61,760 nt of DNA, taken from the IMG/VR virus record IMGVR_UViG_3300009610_000010, positions 1 to 61,760 of that record, one strand, 5' to 3'. Positions 17,403-26,790 of the stretch are shown in pieces; position 1 is the first letter of the stretch; each line of letters opens with the position of its first letter. The notes under the pieces are model-generated. The model saw only the letters and a program-made list of their open reading frames with translations, was not told the DNA's origin and searched no databases. Position numbers and translations under genes: made by a program. Source of the DNA: a virus.

Positions 17403-18183
17403 CGCTGCCCGGGCCCGCGCGGCAGCCGCTTGGCCGCCAGCTCTTCAGGGGTAACCGTGACCTGGCGAATGGGAAGGCGGGCATCGGTCAGTTGCTTCAT
17501 CGTGATGCCCTGCTGCACCGGTACCGGCCGGCCGCCCACGTCGCCCCGCTCAAGCCGGGAGAGTTCACCACGCAGCGTACTAAACAGCCGCTTGGCGCTG
17601 GCTTCGTCCTTGGAGTAGGGGTTGTGTACGGCACTCAGCATGAACAGGCTTTCAACCACCGCGCGGTGTTGGGCTGCCCGCGCAAACAGTACGATTTGGC
17701 TCCATGTTAGGCGCTTGGTAACGGTGTCGTAGTCGAATCCGGCGGCGACGAGGCCGCCGACGAGCTGGGCACTACGGAACTCCCATTGCTGCTCCCGCCG
17801 CTGCTGCTGCTGGGCGCCAGCAACCCCGCCGCCTGCTGGCGCAGGTGAAAAAAAGCCTTCACCATCGGCTCCTGCGCCTTGAGCACCAAACTGGCCAGCT
17901 CGAAAAACACGCTCCCCGGTAGCTGCTGGATCTCCGCCGGCTGCAGCGTGGTGCTCTCGGACATGATCGAAATGACCTCATCGGCATAGTTGTCGATCAG
18001 CCCCAGCATCATCGTGGCCTGCTGGTCGCTGGTGGCCTGCTCGGCCTGGGCGGCAAAGCTGCCCAGGATGCCCACCAGGTCGCGCAGGTGCAGACGCAGG
18101 CTGCCGGCCGCCAGCTCGCGCACGATAAACTGCCGCCCCTGAATGGCGACGGGCGGCGGGGCGTTCCACACGGGGTCGTTCAT
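17399..18183 (-). CDS. Tail assembly chaperone G-T fusion made by a -1 programmed frameshift at 17848..17854
   Basis: The -1 frame is open, by my hand translation, from the U7 slippery run to the stop at 17399 (ATGA overlap with the TMP start). It reads as plausible protein: ...GFDYDTVTKRLTWSQIVLFARAAQHR... Confidence 0.7.
17707..18183 (-). CDS. Tail assembly chaperone (gpG-like, 0-frame product) with a Ser/Thr-rich C-terminal tail
   Basis: Positioned between the major tail gene and TMP. ATG 18183 preceded by GGTGGAGAG. Confidence 0.7.
   Translation of the reverse strand: MNDPVWNAPPPVAIQGRQFIVRELAAGSLRLHLRDLVGILGSFAAQAEQATSDQQATMMLGLIDNYADEVISIMSESTTLQPAEIQQLPGSVFFELASLVLKAQEPMVKAFFHLRQQAAGLLAPSSSSGGSSNGSSVVPSSSAASSPPDSTTTPLPSA
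17848..17854 (-). promoter_or_regulatory. -1 ribosomal frameshift slippery heptamer U UUU UUU (0-frame GCU UUU UUU CAC)
   Basis: Run of 7 A on the + strand, in the correct phase in the chaperone gene. The downstream -1 frame is open to the TMP start. Confidence 0.7.
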
Positions 18184-18293
18184 CTTTGGGCTCTCCACCT
18201 TTCCATGGTTTGTTGGTACCCGCGGCCGGCTGCCGATAGGCACCGGTTGGGCGGCACCACCAGCTGTGTCCAGCCGCGGGTGTCCGGCTGTGT

Positions 18294-18839
18294 TTACGAT
18301 GCCGGGCAGGTCCCCGACAGGATGGCGTACCCGAATGGATCGTTCGGGTTGGCGCTCTCGCACTTCAACGAGCGGATGATACCGGGCATCGTGGCCGGTG
18401 TTTCGCGCTCGAAGTTGAGCGTGAATTCGCTGAGAATGGCTGCTCGGTGGAACACGATTTCCAACGTGCGGGTACCGCATGGGAAAAAGTGCAGCAGCCG
18501 AGCGCCATACGTGCGCACACAGCGGCTGCCGGTGAACGGGATTTTGCATCCCTCGGCCACGTTGATCGTGTCCTCGTTGAGCAGGGCGGCGATGTTGTAC
18601 GCGTTGATGGTGTCGGTGGTGAAGTTGATGAAGTAGTCCTTGCCCAGCACGAACAGAGCGTCGAGCGAGTTGGTCTTACCGTCGCGATGCTCTAGCGTGT
18701 TGGGCGTAAACTGGAACCCACCGGCGTCGATGTTGCCCACCAGCTGCTCGGCCGCGTTCGCGGGCTGGATGTACAGATCGAACGTACCGATCGTGAACGA
18801 AGGGTCCAGGCTTTCGGTGCACAGTGCCGGATTCGGCAT
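18294..18839 (-). CDS. Major tail (tube) protein (181 aa)
   Basis: Very strong SD GGGGAGGAGA. Positioned directly upstream of the chaperone pair. Confidence 0.6.
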   Translation of the reverse strand: MPNPALCTESLDPSFTIGTFDLYIQPANAAEQLVGNIDAGGFQFTPNTLEHRDGKTNSLDALFVLGKDYFINFTTDTINAYNIAALLNEDTINVAEGCKIPFTGSRCVRTYGARLLHFFPCGTRTLEIVFHRAAILSEFTLNFERETPATMPGIIRSLKCESANPNDPFGYAILSGTCPAS

Positions 18840-18860
18840 GGCTTCAGTTCTCCTCCCCTG

Positions 18861-19451
18861 TTATGGCGTGCCGCATGGGTGGCACGGCACCGTAGTCAAG
18901 CCGCGCGCAACCACCAGCCAGTTGAATCGCGAAGCGATTTGCCAGTAGTGGTGCTCGTTGTTAAACTCAAGCGGCTGCACGTCTCCGCCGTGCACTCGCC
19001 TCATCACGAGCAGGTTGCCATCGCACGCCAGGGGTAGCGCGCCGGTGTTCGTTCCTTGAATCCACCCCAGGATTCTCCGCACGTGGTCGTAAATGTCCAG
19101 CGCCCACAGGTCGCCCGCGCCGGCCACCGTGCCGTCCTCCAGGCGGATGGTTTCGCGCGCGAACACGCTCACCACAAAACTCCATCGCTCAACCCACGGC
19201 GGCGTGGTGCCAAAGGCTGGTGCCGTGCTAAACCGACCATAGGTGACTATGGCGCGATGGAAGTCACTGGGCCAGCCCATTTGCTCGCGCCGGATGGGGC
19301 GCCCCGGGTGGCTGTTGGTGGGCTCGTCGCAAAAGGCATCCGTGCCGTGCGTCTCGTCCCGGTCGGCATCCAGCAGCGGCAGCAGGCACGCATCGGCCCA
19401 CAGGCTATCGCCAACGTACGTGGCCAGGTCGCGTGCCGGGGTGCCGCTCAT
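18861..19451 (-). CDS. Tail terminator / neck protein (positional call)
   Basis: ATGA overlap with the gp10-like gene. Lies between the head-completion and major tail genes. Confidence 0.5.
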   Translation of the reverse strand: MSGTPARDLATYVGDSLWADACLLPLLDADRDETHGTDAFCDEPTNSHPGRPIRREQMGWPSDFHRAIVTYGRFSTAPAFGTTPPWVERWSFVVSVFARETIRLEDGTVAGAGDLWALDIYDHVRRILGWIQGTNTGALPLACDGNLLVMRRVHGGDVQPLEFNNEHHYWQIASRFNWLVVARGLTTVPCHPCGTP

Positions 19452-19849
19452 GGGCGCTCCCACTGGACATAGGCCGGGCGGATTCCATTCTCATAGATGT
19501 AGCGGTTCACGATGCCCACGGACTGCTCGGTGGCAGGAAACAAGTAGCCCCCGTCGGGCAGGTTCTCGATCTTGCGGGCATAGATCACCCACGTGCCAAC
19601 GATCGACTCCACGCGCCGCGCGCTCACTTCGCCCAGCTGTGTGTTGATGCTGCGGCGCAGGTTGCCCGTGACCACATGGCCCTTTTCGGTGAGGATTTCC
19701 TGCGCGCGCGCCTGCACGATTTGCCCCGCCCCGAGCATGGTGCGGGGAGCGCCGTCCCGCACATCGGCCAGGATCTTGATGGTCTTTTTCTGGATCATGC
19801 GCAGCTTGCTGTTGGTTTCGGCCAGCGTGTGCGCGGTGTACTTAGCCAC
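19448..19849 (-). CDS. HK97 gp10-family head-tail joining protein
   Basis: VTGNLRRSI motif and size (~133 aa) typical of the HK97 gp10 family. Confidence 0.6.
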   Translation of the reverse strand: MAKYTAHTLAETNSKLRMIQKKTIKILADVRDGAPRTMLGAGQIVQARAQEILTEKGHVVTGNLRRSINTQLGEVSARRVESIVGTWVIYARKIENLPDGGYLFPATEQSVGIVNRYIYENGIRPAYVQWERP

Positions 19850-21329
19850 TCGGAAACCCCCTTGCCGCTAGCAGCGCCGCCACCTCGGCATAGGCCGTTT
19901 CGCGGTTGGCGATGCCCCCGGCACTGTCGTCGTCCGTGAAACCAATCCATCCACCATTTTCCTGCCAGTGGGCGATGGCCTCCGGCACGCCCTGGACCGC
20001 GTTCGGAACATCATGGCACTTGATCGAGAGGATGTTCCGCGGGTCCGTGAGGAACCCCGCCTTGGCATTGGCCCAGCGCTCGGGCTGGGTGCTGCCATCG
20101 GCGTTGTTGTTCCAAGCGTTCTCAAAAAGCCAGGGCTTGGGGATCGAATCCCCACTGACCGCCACGTGCTCCCCGTTCTTAATCGCATAGCGTGTCGCAC
20201 CGAGCGCCGTGGCCACCCCGGTGTAGAGTGCCATCAGACCGGCTCGGTGGGTCGCCCACGTGCCACCCTCGCCAAAGGCGGCCTCGGTAGCGGCATAGTC
20301 GAGCGCCGTCAGCTTGGGGCTGCCCTCCTTGACGTTGCCGTGGCCGGACTCGTTGAGCGGATTCGACTCGACAAAGAACGACGGCAGGTTGAGCCACGCC
20401 TGGTCGAGGAATACCCCGCTGGCCGGCGCCAGCAGGCCCCCGGGCGCCAGCGCCAGCGCCACCATTTGCGCCACCAGCGCCGCGCGCTCATCGGCAATGA
20501 TAAGCCCATGGGGGATCAGCTCGCGCTGCTCGGGCTGGGGCCCGGCTGGTGTGGCATTGAACAGCGCCACCGTGTTGCCCACCCGAAAGCGCCGGTGTGA
20601 GGTCGAGCCCGAGAACTGCACGTTATCGCGCAGGTAGTTGAACCACGTGGCCAGGGGTGGCGTCGTGCCCCCGAAAAGCGTGCCCGAGAACGGGTAATCG
20701 AGGATGGTGTAGTAGCGCCACCAGCGGCGCCCTGCGGCCACCAGGGCCGCGATTTCGGCCAGCTGCAGCGGATCGTCAAACTGAAGGTTGTAAATCAAGC
20801 CATCGAAGTAGGGGAGCGCTTGCCACCCGAAGATTTCGTTGTTGGCCAGGGGCCGCATGATGAAGTGGGTTTGCGTGGCCCCTGCGCCCCCCGCCCCGCC
20901 CGGGGGGGCCGTGGTTTCGTACGGCACCGTTGCCGGCGGCGGGCAGCCGTCCTTCACAATGGTCAGGCCGTACTGGATCATGGCCCCATAGGTGAGGCCA
21001 GCTCTCGGGCGGGGCGCGGCCACTACGTCGTAGCACTCGTTGTTCTTTACGTCGTGGAACACGTCTCCGATCATCACGGTCTTTCCGTTGTGGCTCGGGT
21101 TGGCCAGCGCCTTGTACGCGTTGCCCCGCTGCTGCTCACCCAGGGGCACGCGCTCGCGCAGCTGGTGCTGGTCGGGATAGATGCGCACCTTGTACCGCTC
21201 GATAATGGTCTGGAACGCTTGGTATGTGCCGTAGGCGCCATCATTCACGCGCAGCCGGCGGTACACCCGCACCCAGCGGTCGGGCAGGTGGCTGCGGCTC
21301 GTCAGCGTGTACGGGCTCGGGTTGGCCAT
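19842..21329 (-). CDS. Head-tail adaptor-like N-terminal domain fused to a glycoside-hydrolase-like TIM-barrel-type domain
   Basis: The C-terminal ~330 aa are paralogous to 44569..45525: FLDQAW/WLDLTY, PWLFENAW/PCFFERADW, ENGGWIGFTDDD/SGGWIAFTGDE. Sits among the connector genes. Confidence 0.45.
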   Translation of the reverse strand: MANPSPYTLTSRSHLPDRWVRVYRRLRVNDGAYGTYQAFQTIIERYKVRIYPDQHQLRERVPLGEQQRGNAYKALANPSHNGKTVMIGDVFHDVKNNECYDVVAAPRPRAGLTYGAMIQYGLTIVKDGCPPPATVPYETTAPPGGAGGAGATQTHFIMRPLANNEIFGWQALPYFDGLIYNLQFDDPLQLAEIAALVAAGRRWWRYYTILDYPFSGTLFGGTTPPLATWFNYLRDNVQFSGSTSHRRFRVGNTVALFNATPAGPQPEQRELIPHGLIIADERAALVAQMVALALAPGGLLAPASGVFLDQAWLNLPSFFVESNPLNESGHGNVKEGSPKLTALDYAATEAAFGEGGTWATHRAGLMALYTGVATALGATRYAIKNGEHVAVSGDSIPKPWLFENAWNNNADGSTQPERWANAKAGFLTDPRNILSIKCHDVPNAVQGVPEAIAHWQENGGWIGFTDDDSAGGIANRETAYAEVAALLAARGFPSG

Positions 21330-21341
21330 GGCGCGCGTGCT

Positions 21342-22346
21342 TTACACCACTCCCACGATGACCCCGGCGTTGAACCGGCTGAGGATGGCATCGACCTCGG
21401 GGAACCCGGTGCCGTTGCTGGTGCGGGCCTGTGTCCAAATCTTGCGCAGCGTGTAGCTGCGATCCCCGGCGATGCTTTCCGACTCGTACGGCGTGTCCAT
21501 CGGGCCCGTGGGGCATTCGCACACCGCAGCGTGGGCGATGAGCAGCCCCACGGCCTGCTGGATTTGCAGCGGCACCTGGGCAAAGGCGCCCCAGGTGCCC
21601 GTGATGGCGATGTTCATAAAGCCCTCGGGCCACACCCCGCAGCCCACCCCCAGGCCGTGCCACGGGGGCACGCCGGCCAGGGCGTTGCCCAGGCGCCGGC
21701 CAAAGCGCTGCATGTTGCCCAGGCCAAGGATGGTGCGCCCTCGCCCGATGCGCACGCTGGCGGGGTCGATGGTGCCGGTGGCATCGCTGCCGCCGTTGCA
21801 CCCCAGGACTTCGATCGACGTGATGGACTGAATGGGCCGGTAGACGTTTTGCGCCGGCTTGCCGCTGCCGTTGAACGTGCGCGTTTCGAACACGGGGAGG
21901 AACACCTGGCCGGCGATCCACTCGATGGTTTCCTGCGCCAGCAGGATCATCGTGGCCAGCTGGGCATCGGTCAGCTCGGTGGCCTCGGGCAAGAACTGCC
22001 GGGCAAAGCCTACCGTGACGTACGGCGTGCCGGCGGTGGATGTGTCCACGGTGAGCACCTGGAACGCGTTGGTGAACACCTCCTCGGTGCCGCCGCTGCT
22101 TGCCGTGGCGTACCACCGGTCGTAGTGCACGGTCGGCGGCTCGTCAGCGGGCACGGGCCACTCGACATGGAACAGGCCCACGCCGTCGTGCACTGTGCTG
22201 GTGAACGTGGCGATCACGGCAAAGTTGGCGTCCAGGATCTCCACCTGGCGAATCTCAAACGGGTCAACGGCCGACCCGCCGAGCGTGAATCGCATGCCCA
22301 AGCGCACGCTTTGGCCCTGCTGGGCGTGCCCGCGGTCAACGGCCAT
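21342..22346 (-). CDS. Head-tail connector (gp6-like) protein with an extra N-terminal domain
   Basis: Position; the ...TDAQLATMILLAQETIEWIAGQ... segment resembles gp6-type connector proteins. Confidence 0.5.
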   Translation of the reverse strand: MAVDRGHAQQGQSVRLGMRFTLGGSAVDPFEIRQVEILDANFAVIATFTSTVHDGVGLFHVEWPVPADEPPTVHYDRWYATASSGGTEEVFTNAFQVLTVDTSTAGTPYVTVGFARQFLPEATELTDAQLATMILLAQETIEWIAGQVFLPVFETRTFNGSGKPAQNVYRPIQSITSIEVLGCNGGSDATGTIDPASVRIGRGRTILGLGNMQRFGRRLGNALAGVPPWHGLGVGCGVWPEGFMNIAITGTWGAFAQVPLQIQQAVGLLIAHAAVCECPTGPMDTPYESESIAGDRSYTLRKIWTQARTSNGTGFPEVDAILSRFNAGVIVGVV

Positions 22347-22349
22347 GCT

Positions 22350-22505
22350 TCACCGTCCTCTTGGCCCGCGGCTTTTCACGGGCTGCGCGGGCTGCCGATA
22401 CAGTGGAAACCGATCATCGTTGCTGCCAGCGCACAGCGCTGCCGCCACTATGCCGGCGAAAAAGCCCAGGAACAGGCCGATCAACAACGCCACCCATGGA
22501 GTCAT
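22350..22505 (-). CDS. Small single-pass membrane protein (51 aa)
   Basis: ATGA overlap with the fibre-gene stop. MTPWVALLIGLFLGFFAGIVAAAL. Confidence 0.45.
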   Translation of the reverse strand: MTPWVALLIGLFLGFFAGIVAAALCAGSNDDRFPLYRQPAQPVKSRGPRGR

Positions 22506-25500
22506 AGGGGCACCCCCTCGAAAGTGTCCACCACTGCGCCACTGCCACCGCCACCGGTGGGCGTGCAGGGCGGGTCGCACGCTTCGACGTGGCTGCGCAT
22601 GCGTCCACCGTTGAGCGTGGCGGGCAGGCGCGTTTGCAGGTTGTCCAGGTCGGCCTGGGCCACCGCCATAGCCGCGAGGATGTCGTCGATTAGGTTCTGG
22701 TTGGCCCCCGCCGAGCCAGCAACCAGGTGCCCGGCCAGCCCCTCGTCCCACACTGCAGCAGCAATCACCGCGGCCGATGCCCCACTGCCGGCGTTGTTCA
22801 GGGCCTCACCGGTCGAGCCCACCGCGAGGTGCCCGGCGAGCGGCTCGTTCCACGTTTGGTCTACGATCTCATCCACGGCATCAGTAGCGATCGCATCGGC
22901 GTCAATCGCCCCCGTGGCAATCACTGCCGCGGTGATCGTTCCAGCGTCCATCGCTTCCACGTGCGAGCGCATGCGCCCGCCCACGAGAGACGCCGGTAGC
23001 CTGGTCTGAATGTTGTCCGTGTCGGCCTGGACCCCGGCGATTGCCGTTTCGAGCGTGCCCGTGCCAGTAGTCGGAGCGACCGATCCGGTGACGCCGAGCG
23101 CCTGCCGAATCTGATCCCGCTCGCCTGCCGTCCAATCGGTTGCCCCCGAAGCTGCGGCCGTTCCGATTGCCGTCCGGAGAATCGAGTAATCATTCGTCGA
23201 GATCGCCTGCGTGAAGGCGGGATCGACCGTGAGCGTATCGGTCCCGGGATTGAAGTCCGTGATCCGCCGGATCTGACCCGAAGTCGAGCCAGAGCGGATG
23301 TAGAGGAGCGATCCCTCCCAATAGTCGGCGTCCGCCTGCGTGAGAGCGGCATCGACGAGTGTGGTAGTCGAGCCTGAATCGGCGGTTCCGGTGAAGGCCG
23401 AAATGATTTCGACCGCCGCGTCTTCGGCGAGCGCGTCGGCATCGATGGCGCCGGTGGCAATCGATGCCGACGTGATCCCGCCGGCTGCGACCGAGCCGAC
23501 CGACCCGTTGACGTTGCCGTTGACATTGCCGCCGACGTTGCCGGTCACGCTCCCGACCGAACCGCTGAGGCTCCCCTGAATGTCGGCGTTTAGGTCGAAC
23601 CCGGCACCGGCACCGACCAGCTCCATGCCGTCGCCAGCCGTCGGAGCGATCGCATGGATGCCATCGCCACTGGTTGCCCCGCCGACCGCATCGAGCCCGT
23701 GGCCGGTGGCGCCGGCTTCGAGCCGCATCCCGGCGCCAACGCCGTCGCCGAACCCGTAGATGCCGTGTCCGCTGACGCCCGACTGCCCCACGATGCCCGA
23801 GTTGCCAGCCGTGCCCCCGCCGATCGCCTGGAAGCCGTGCCCGTTGGCGTTGGCCTGGACCCGGAAGCCGTCGCCGGACGTGGCGCCCGCGAAGCCGTGG
23901 AACCCGTGCCCCGTGGGCCCACCGTTCCCCCGCACGCCAGAGCCGGTCCCGGTGCCGACCCCGAGAAGTCCATGCCCGTTGGGAGCCCCGCCCGTGCCGA
24001 CGATGCCGGCCCCTGACGTGGTCCCGCCCGTGCCGGCGATTCCGGCCTGAGTCCCGGCACCGATCGCCGAGAAGCCGGAGGCATTCCCCCCACCAGCGTT
24101 GGCAACGATGCCGGTCCCGGAGGTCGGCCCGCCCGTCGCCACGATGCCAAAGCCCGTGTCGATGCCGACGGCCTGGAAACCATGCCCGGTTGAGCCGCCG
24201 ACCGTCCCGCCTTGGGCTCGGATGCCCGCGCCGGTCCCGGTCCCCTCGGCGTAGATACCGCGCCCGTTCCCGCCGGCCGTGACGGCCTCGACCGCGTCGC
24301 CCGTAGCCGTGCGGGCACTGATGGCCGGCCCAGCGGAGTTGTCGATGTCGATCGCCCCGGCGGCCGTGGTCGAGTTGATCCTGAGCTGCTCCAGGGTCAG
24401 CTTGTTGCCACCCGTGCCGTCGAGCATCGTCTCGAAGGCATCCGCCGCCGCGGCATCGCCGGAGACGCGGACCATATCAGCCAGCACGTATTCCCCGAAG
24501 CTGCCGGCAATAACATGGCCTGCGCGTAGCTCATCCCACACCGCGTCGGCTACCTGGCCGGCGGTTGGAGCGCTGCCGGCCGCTGATCCTACCCCCGTCC
24601 GCAAGATCAAGTAATTGTTGGTGCTGATCGCCTGGGTGAAAGCCGGGTCTACAGTGATCGTGTCGGTGCCCGGGTCGAACGCCGTGATCCGCCGGATCTG
24701 ACCGACCGTACTACCGCTCGTGATGAGGACCAAGGAGTTGACCCAGTAGTCCGTGTCGGCCTCGGTGCGGGCGGCATCGACAATCGTGGTCGTCGAGCCC
24801 GAATCTGCGGTGCCCGACACGGCAGCAATGATCTCGTCGGCCGCGTCCGAGGCCAGCGCCGAGGCCGTAATTGAGTTGGCGGCAAAGCTCGCCGCGGTGA
24901 TCCCACCGGCGGCAATCGAGCCCACCGAGCCGACCACATTGCCTCCGACATTTCCAGAGAGCGAGCCCTGAATGTCGGCGTTGATGTCGAAACCACCACC
25001 AGCGCCGACGGCCTCGATCCCGTCGCCCACGTTAGTTGCAATGGCATGGATCCCATCGCCAGACGTAACCCCGCCAGCAGCGTTGATCCCGTGGCCGGTG
25101 GTCCCGCCCTGCGCTTCGATGCCGTGGCCTACGCCATTGCCGAGCGCGCGTATGCCCGATGCGCCGCCCTGACCGAGCGCGCGCATGCCTTCGCCGCCTC
25201 CCACCGCTCCTGTGGCGAGGATCCCAACGGCCGTTCCGACGCCTCCAGCAATGGCATTGATCCCGTTGCCCGAGCTAGCGTCGGCGCGGATTCCGTCGCC
25301 CGACGTGGCGCCGGCCGAGGCCCGAATCCCGTTCCCGTCATCGCCACCTATGGCGTTGATCCCATCGCCAGTCCCGTTTCCGAACGCAATGATACCGGCG
25401 GTGCTGAGCCCGCCACCCTCGGCTTGGATGCCGTTGCCTGCGGATCCACCGATCGCGCGAAGGCCGGGGAAGTTCACGTTTCCGATGGCGGCTATCCCGC

Positions 25501-26419
25501 AGCCAGTCGTCCCTCCATCGCGTCCCTGAGCGCGAATCCCGTCGCCGTCCCCGGTGGTCGAGAACATGGCTCCATGCCCGCTCAACACGCCCCCGGTCCC
25601 GTTGAGGCCATGCCCGGTCGCTCCTGCGGCGGCATTGATACCGCTTCCGGATCCGTCGCCAACGGCACTGATGCCATGACCACCGCCCGCGGCGATGAAG
25701 CTCGCACCATTCCCCGTGGCGCCTCCAGTCCCGAGGACTCCGGCTCCGGAGCCCGCCCCGGCGGCGGCGATCCCTCGGCCGTTGGTCGCGCCGCCCGCGG
25801 CGTTGATCCCGTCGCCGTTGGTCGCGCCGCCCGTCGCGATGAGCCCGTGACCGGAGCCCTGGCCCGTGACCGCGAGCCCGCTGCCACTACCCCCGGTCGA
25901 GACGAACTCGCCCGCGACCCCGCTGGATGTGCGCGCCGAGAAGGCAGGCCCGGTTGAGTTGTCGATGTCGATGGCGCCGCCCGCGGCCGACGAGTTGACG
26001 CGCAGCTGTGCCACCGTGAGCACGTTGCCGCCCGTGCCGTCGAGCATCGTTTCGAGCGCATCGGCGGCTGGCGCGTCGCCCGAGATTTGCACCACGTTCG
26101 AGGCGACAGCCGACAAGCCAAGGCTTACGCCGTCGTGCGGATTTGAATTCGTCGTAACGAAATTGGCGCCGACCGGAATGGACCCGATAGCCGTGAAGAT
26201 ATAGCCTACGTGGTCGCCGTTGGTGTCGGCAGCACTCGGGTCGAACCTATACTGACCGAGGCCCATTTCGGTCACGGTGCCCGTGGCCGCGGCCTGCGCT
26301 CCGCCGTCGATCGAGCGATTCACGTTGGGGCTCAAGCCTGTGACGCCGGCACCCGTCGTGGTGCTGATCATCACGAAGAATACGCGCTGACCGGCGACGT
26401 TCTGGCGCAGTGTGCTCAT
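22502..26419 (-). CDS. Giant Gly-rich repeat fibre/decoration protein (1305 aa) with two duplicated ~430-500 aa modules
   Basis: Dozens of ~10-aa GGxTxGxGIxA-type units. Module 1 is roughly aa 111-608 and module 2 roughly aa 651-1083. The C-terminus has a duplicated D-N-I/L-QTRLPA..GGRMRSHVEA motif. Confidence 0.75.
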   Translation of the reverse strand: MSTLRQNVAGQRVFFVMISTTTGAGVTGLSPNVNRSIDGGAQAAATGTVTEMGLGQYRFDPSAADTNGDHVGYIFTAIGSIPVGANFVTTNSNPHDGVSLGLSAVASNVVQISGDAPAADALETMLDGTGGNVLTVAQLRVNSSAAGGAIDIDNSTGPAFSARTSSGVAGEFVSTGGSGSGLAVTGQGSGHGLIATGGATNGDGINAAGGATNGRGIAAAGAGSGAGVLGTGGATGNGASFIAAGGGHGISAVGDGSGSGINAAAGATGHGLNGTGGVLSGHGAMFSTTGDGDGIRAQGRDGGTTGCGIAAIGNVNFPGLRAIGGSAGNGIQAEGGGLSTAGIIAFGNGTGDGINAIGGDDGNGIRASAGATSGDGIRADASSGNGINAIAGGVGTAVGILATGAVGGGEGMRALGQGGASGIRALGNGVGHGIEAQGGTTGHGINAAGGVTSGDGIHAIATNVGDGIEAVGAGGGFDINADIQGSLSGNVGGNVVGSVGSIAAGGITAASFAANSITASALASDAADEIIAAVSGTADSGSTTTIVDAARTEADTDYWVNSLVLITSGSTVGQIRRITAFDPGTDTITVDPAFTQAISTNNYLILRTGVGSAAGSAPTAGQVADAVWDELRAGHVIAGSFGEYVLADMVRVSGDAAAADAFETMLDGTGGNKLTLEQLRINSTTAAGAIDIDNSAGPAISARTATGDAVEAVTAGGNGRGIYAEGTGTGAGIRAQGGTVGGSTGHGFQAVGIDTGFGIVATGGPTSGTGIVANAGGGNASGFSAIGAGTQAGIAGTGGTTSGAGIVGTGGAPNGHGLLGVGTGTGSGVRGNGGPTGHGFHGFAGATSGDGFRVQANANGHGFQAIGGGTAGNSGIVGQSGVSGHGIYGFGDGVGAGMRLEAGATGHGLDAVGGATSGDGIHAIAPTAGDGMELVGAGAGFDLNADIQGSLSGSVGSVTGNVGGNVNGNVNGSVGSVAAGGITSASIATGAIDADALAEDAAVEIISAFTGTADSGSTTTLVDAALTQADADYWEGSLLYIRSGSTSGQIRRITDFNPGTDTLTVDPAFTQAISTNDYSILRTAIGTAAASGATDWTAGERDQIRQALGVTGSVAPTTGTGTLETAIAGVQADTDNIQTRLPASLVGGRMRSHVEAMDAGTITAAVIATGAIDADAIATDAVDEIVDQTWNEPLAGHLAVGSTGEALNNAGSGASAAVIAAAVWDEGLAGHLVAGSAGANQNLIDDILAAMAVAQADLDNLQTRLPATLNGGRMRSHVEACDPPCTPTGGGGSGAVVDTFEGVPL

Positions 26420-26790
26420 TGCACGTCAAACCCCGTGCCCATGTTGACCTTGGCACCCCACGCGGGCGAAAAAGTCACAGCCGCTGCCATCGCTTCGAAT
26501 TGCTGCTTATGGCGCCAAGTGGTCGGAGCAAAATAGGCGTATTGCTGCGTCACGCTCGGCGTCGTCACGACCGAGCCGGTGAGGGCATACGTCTCATGCG
26601 CTGAGGCGTAGCGCATCCGAAACTCGTTCGCCGGTTGACCGAGCACGTCGAATCCGTCGTAGCAACCACCACCGAGAAGGGCACCCCAATATTTCCCGAT
26701 GACCCTTGCGTTGGTCGCGGTGAACGCTCCTTCTTGGTCGGCCATGAATTGCCAGCCGCGCGTCGTAGCCGCGATTCGGAAGAACGACAT
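26416..26790 (-). CDS. Hypothetical structural-module protein (124 aa)
   Basis: TAATG overlap with paralog 3; ATGA overlap with the fibre gene. Confidence 0.55.
   Translation of the reverse strand: MSFFRIAATTRGWQFMADQEGAFTATNARVIGKYWGALLGGGCYDGFDVLGQPANEFRMRYASAHETYALTGSVVTTPSVTQQYAYFAPTTWRHKQQFEAMAAAVTFSPAWGAKVNMGTGFDVQ

Noticed and set aside
20820-23009. A 729-aa plus-strand ORF, the longest in the track on that strand. Similar long ORFs occur at 33893..35272, 38281..39720, 45977..47344, 28573..29589 and 42003..43256.
   Set aside because: All lie antisense to well-supported structural genes. They are Arg/Gly/Ala/His/Pro-rich and low-complexity, with no recognisable motif and no RBS. This is the usual high-GC artefact: TTA, CTA and TCA codons are rare on the sense strand.
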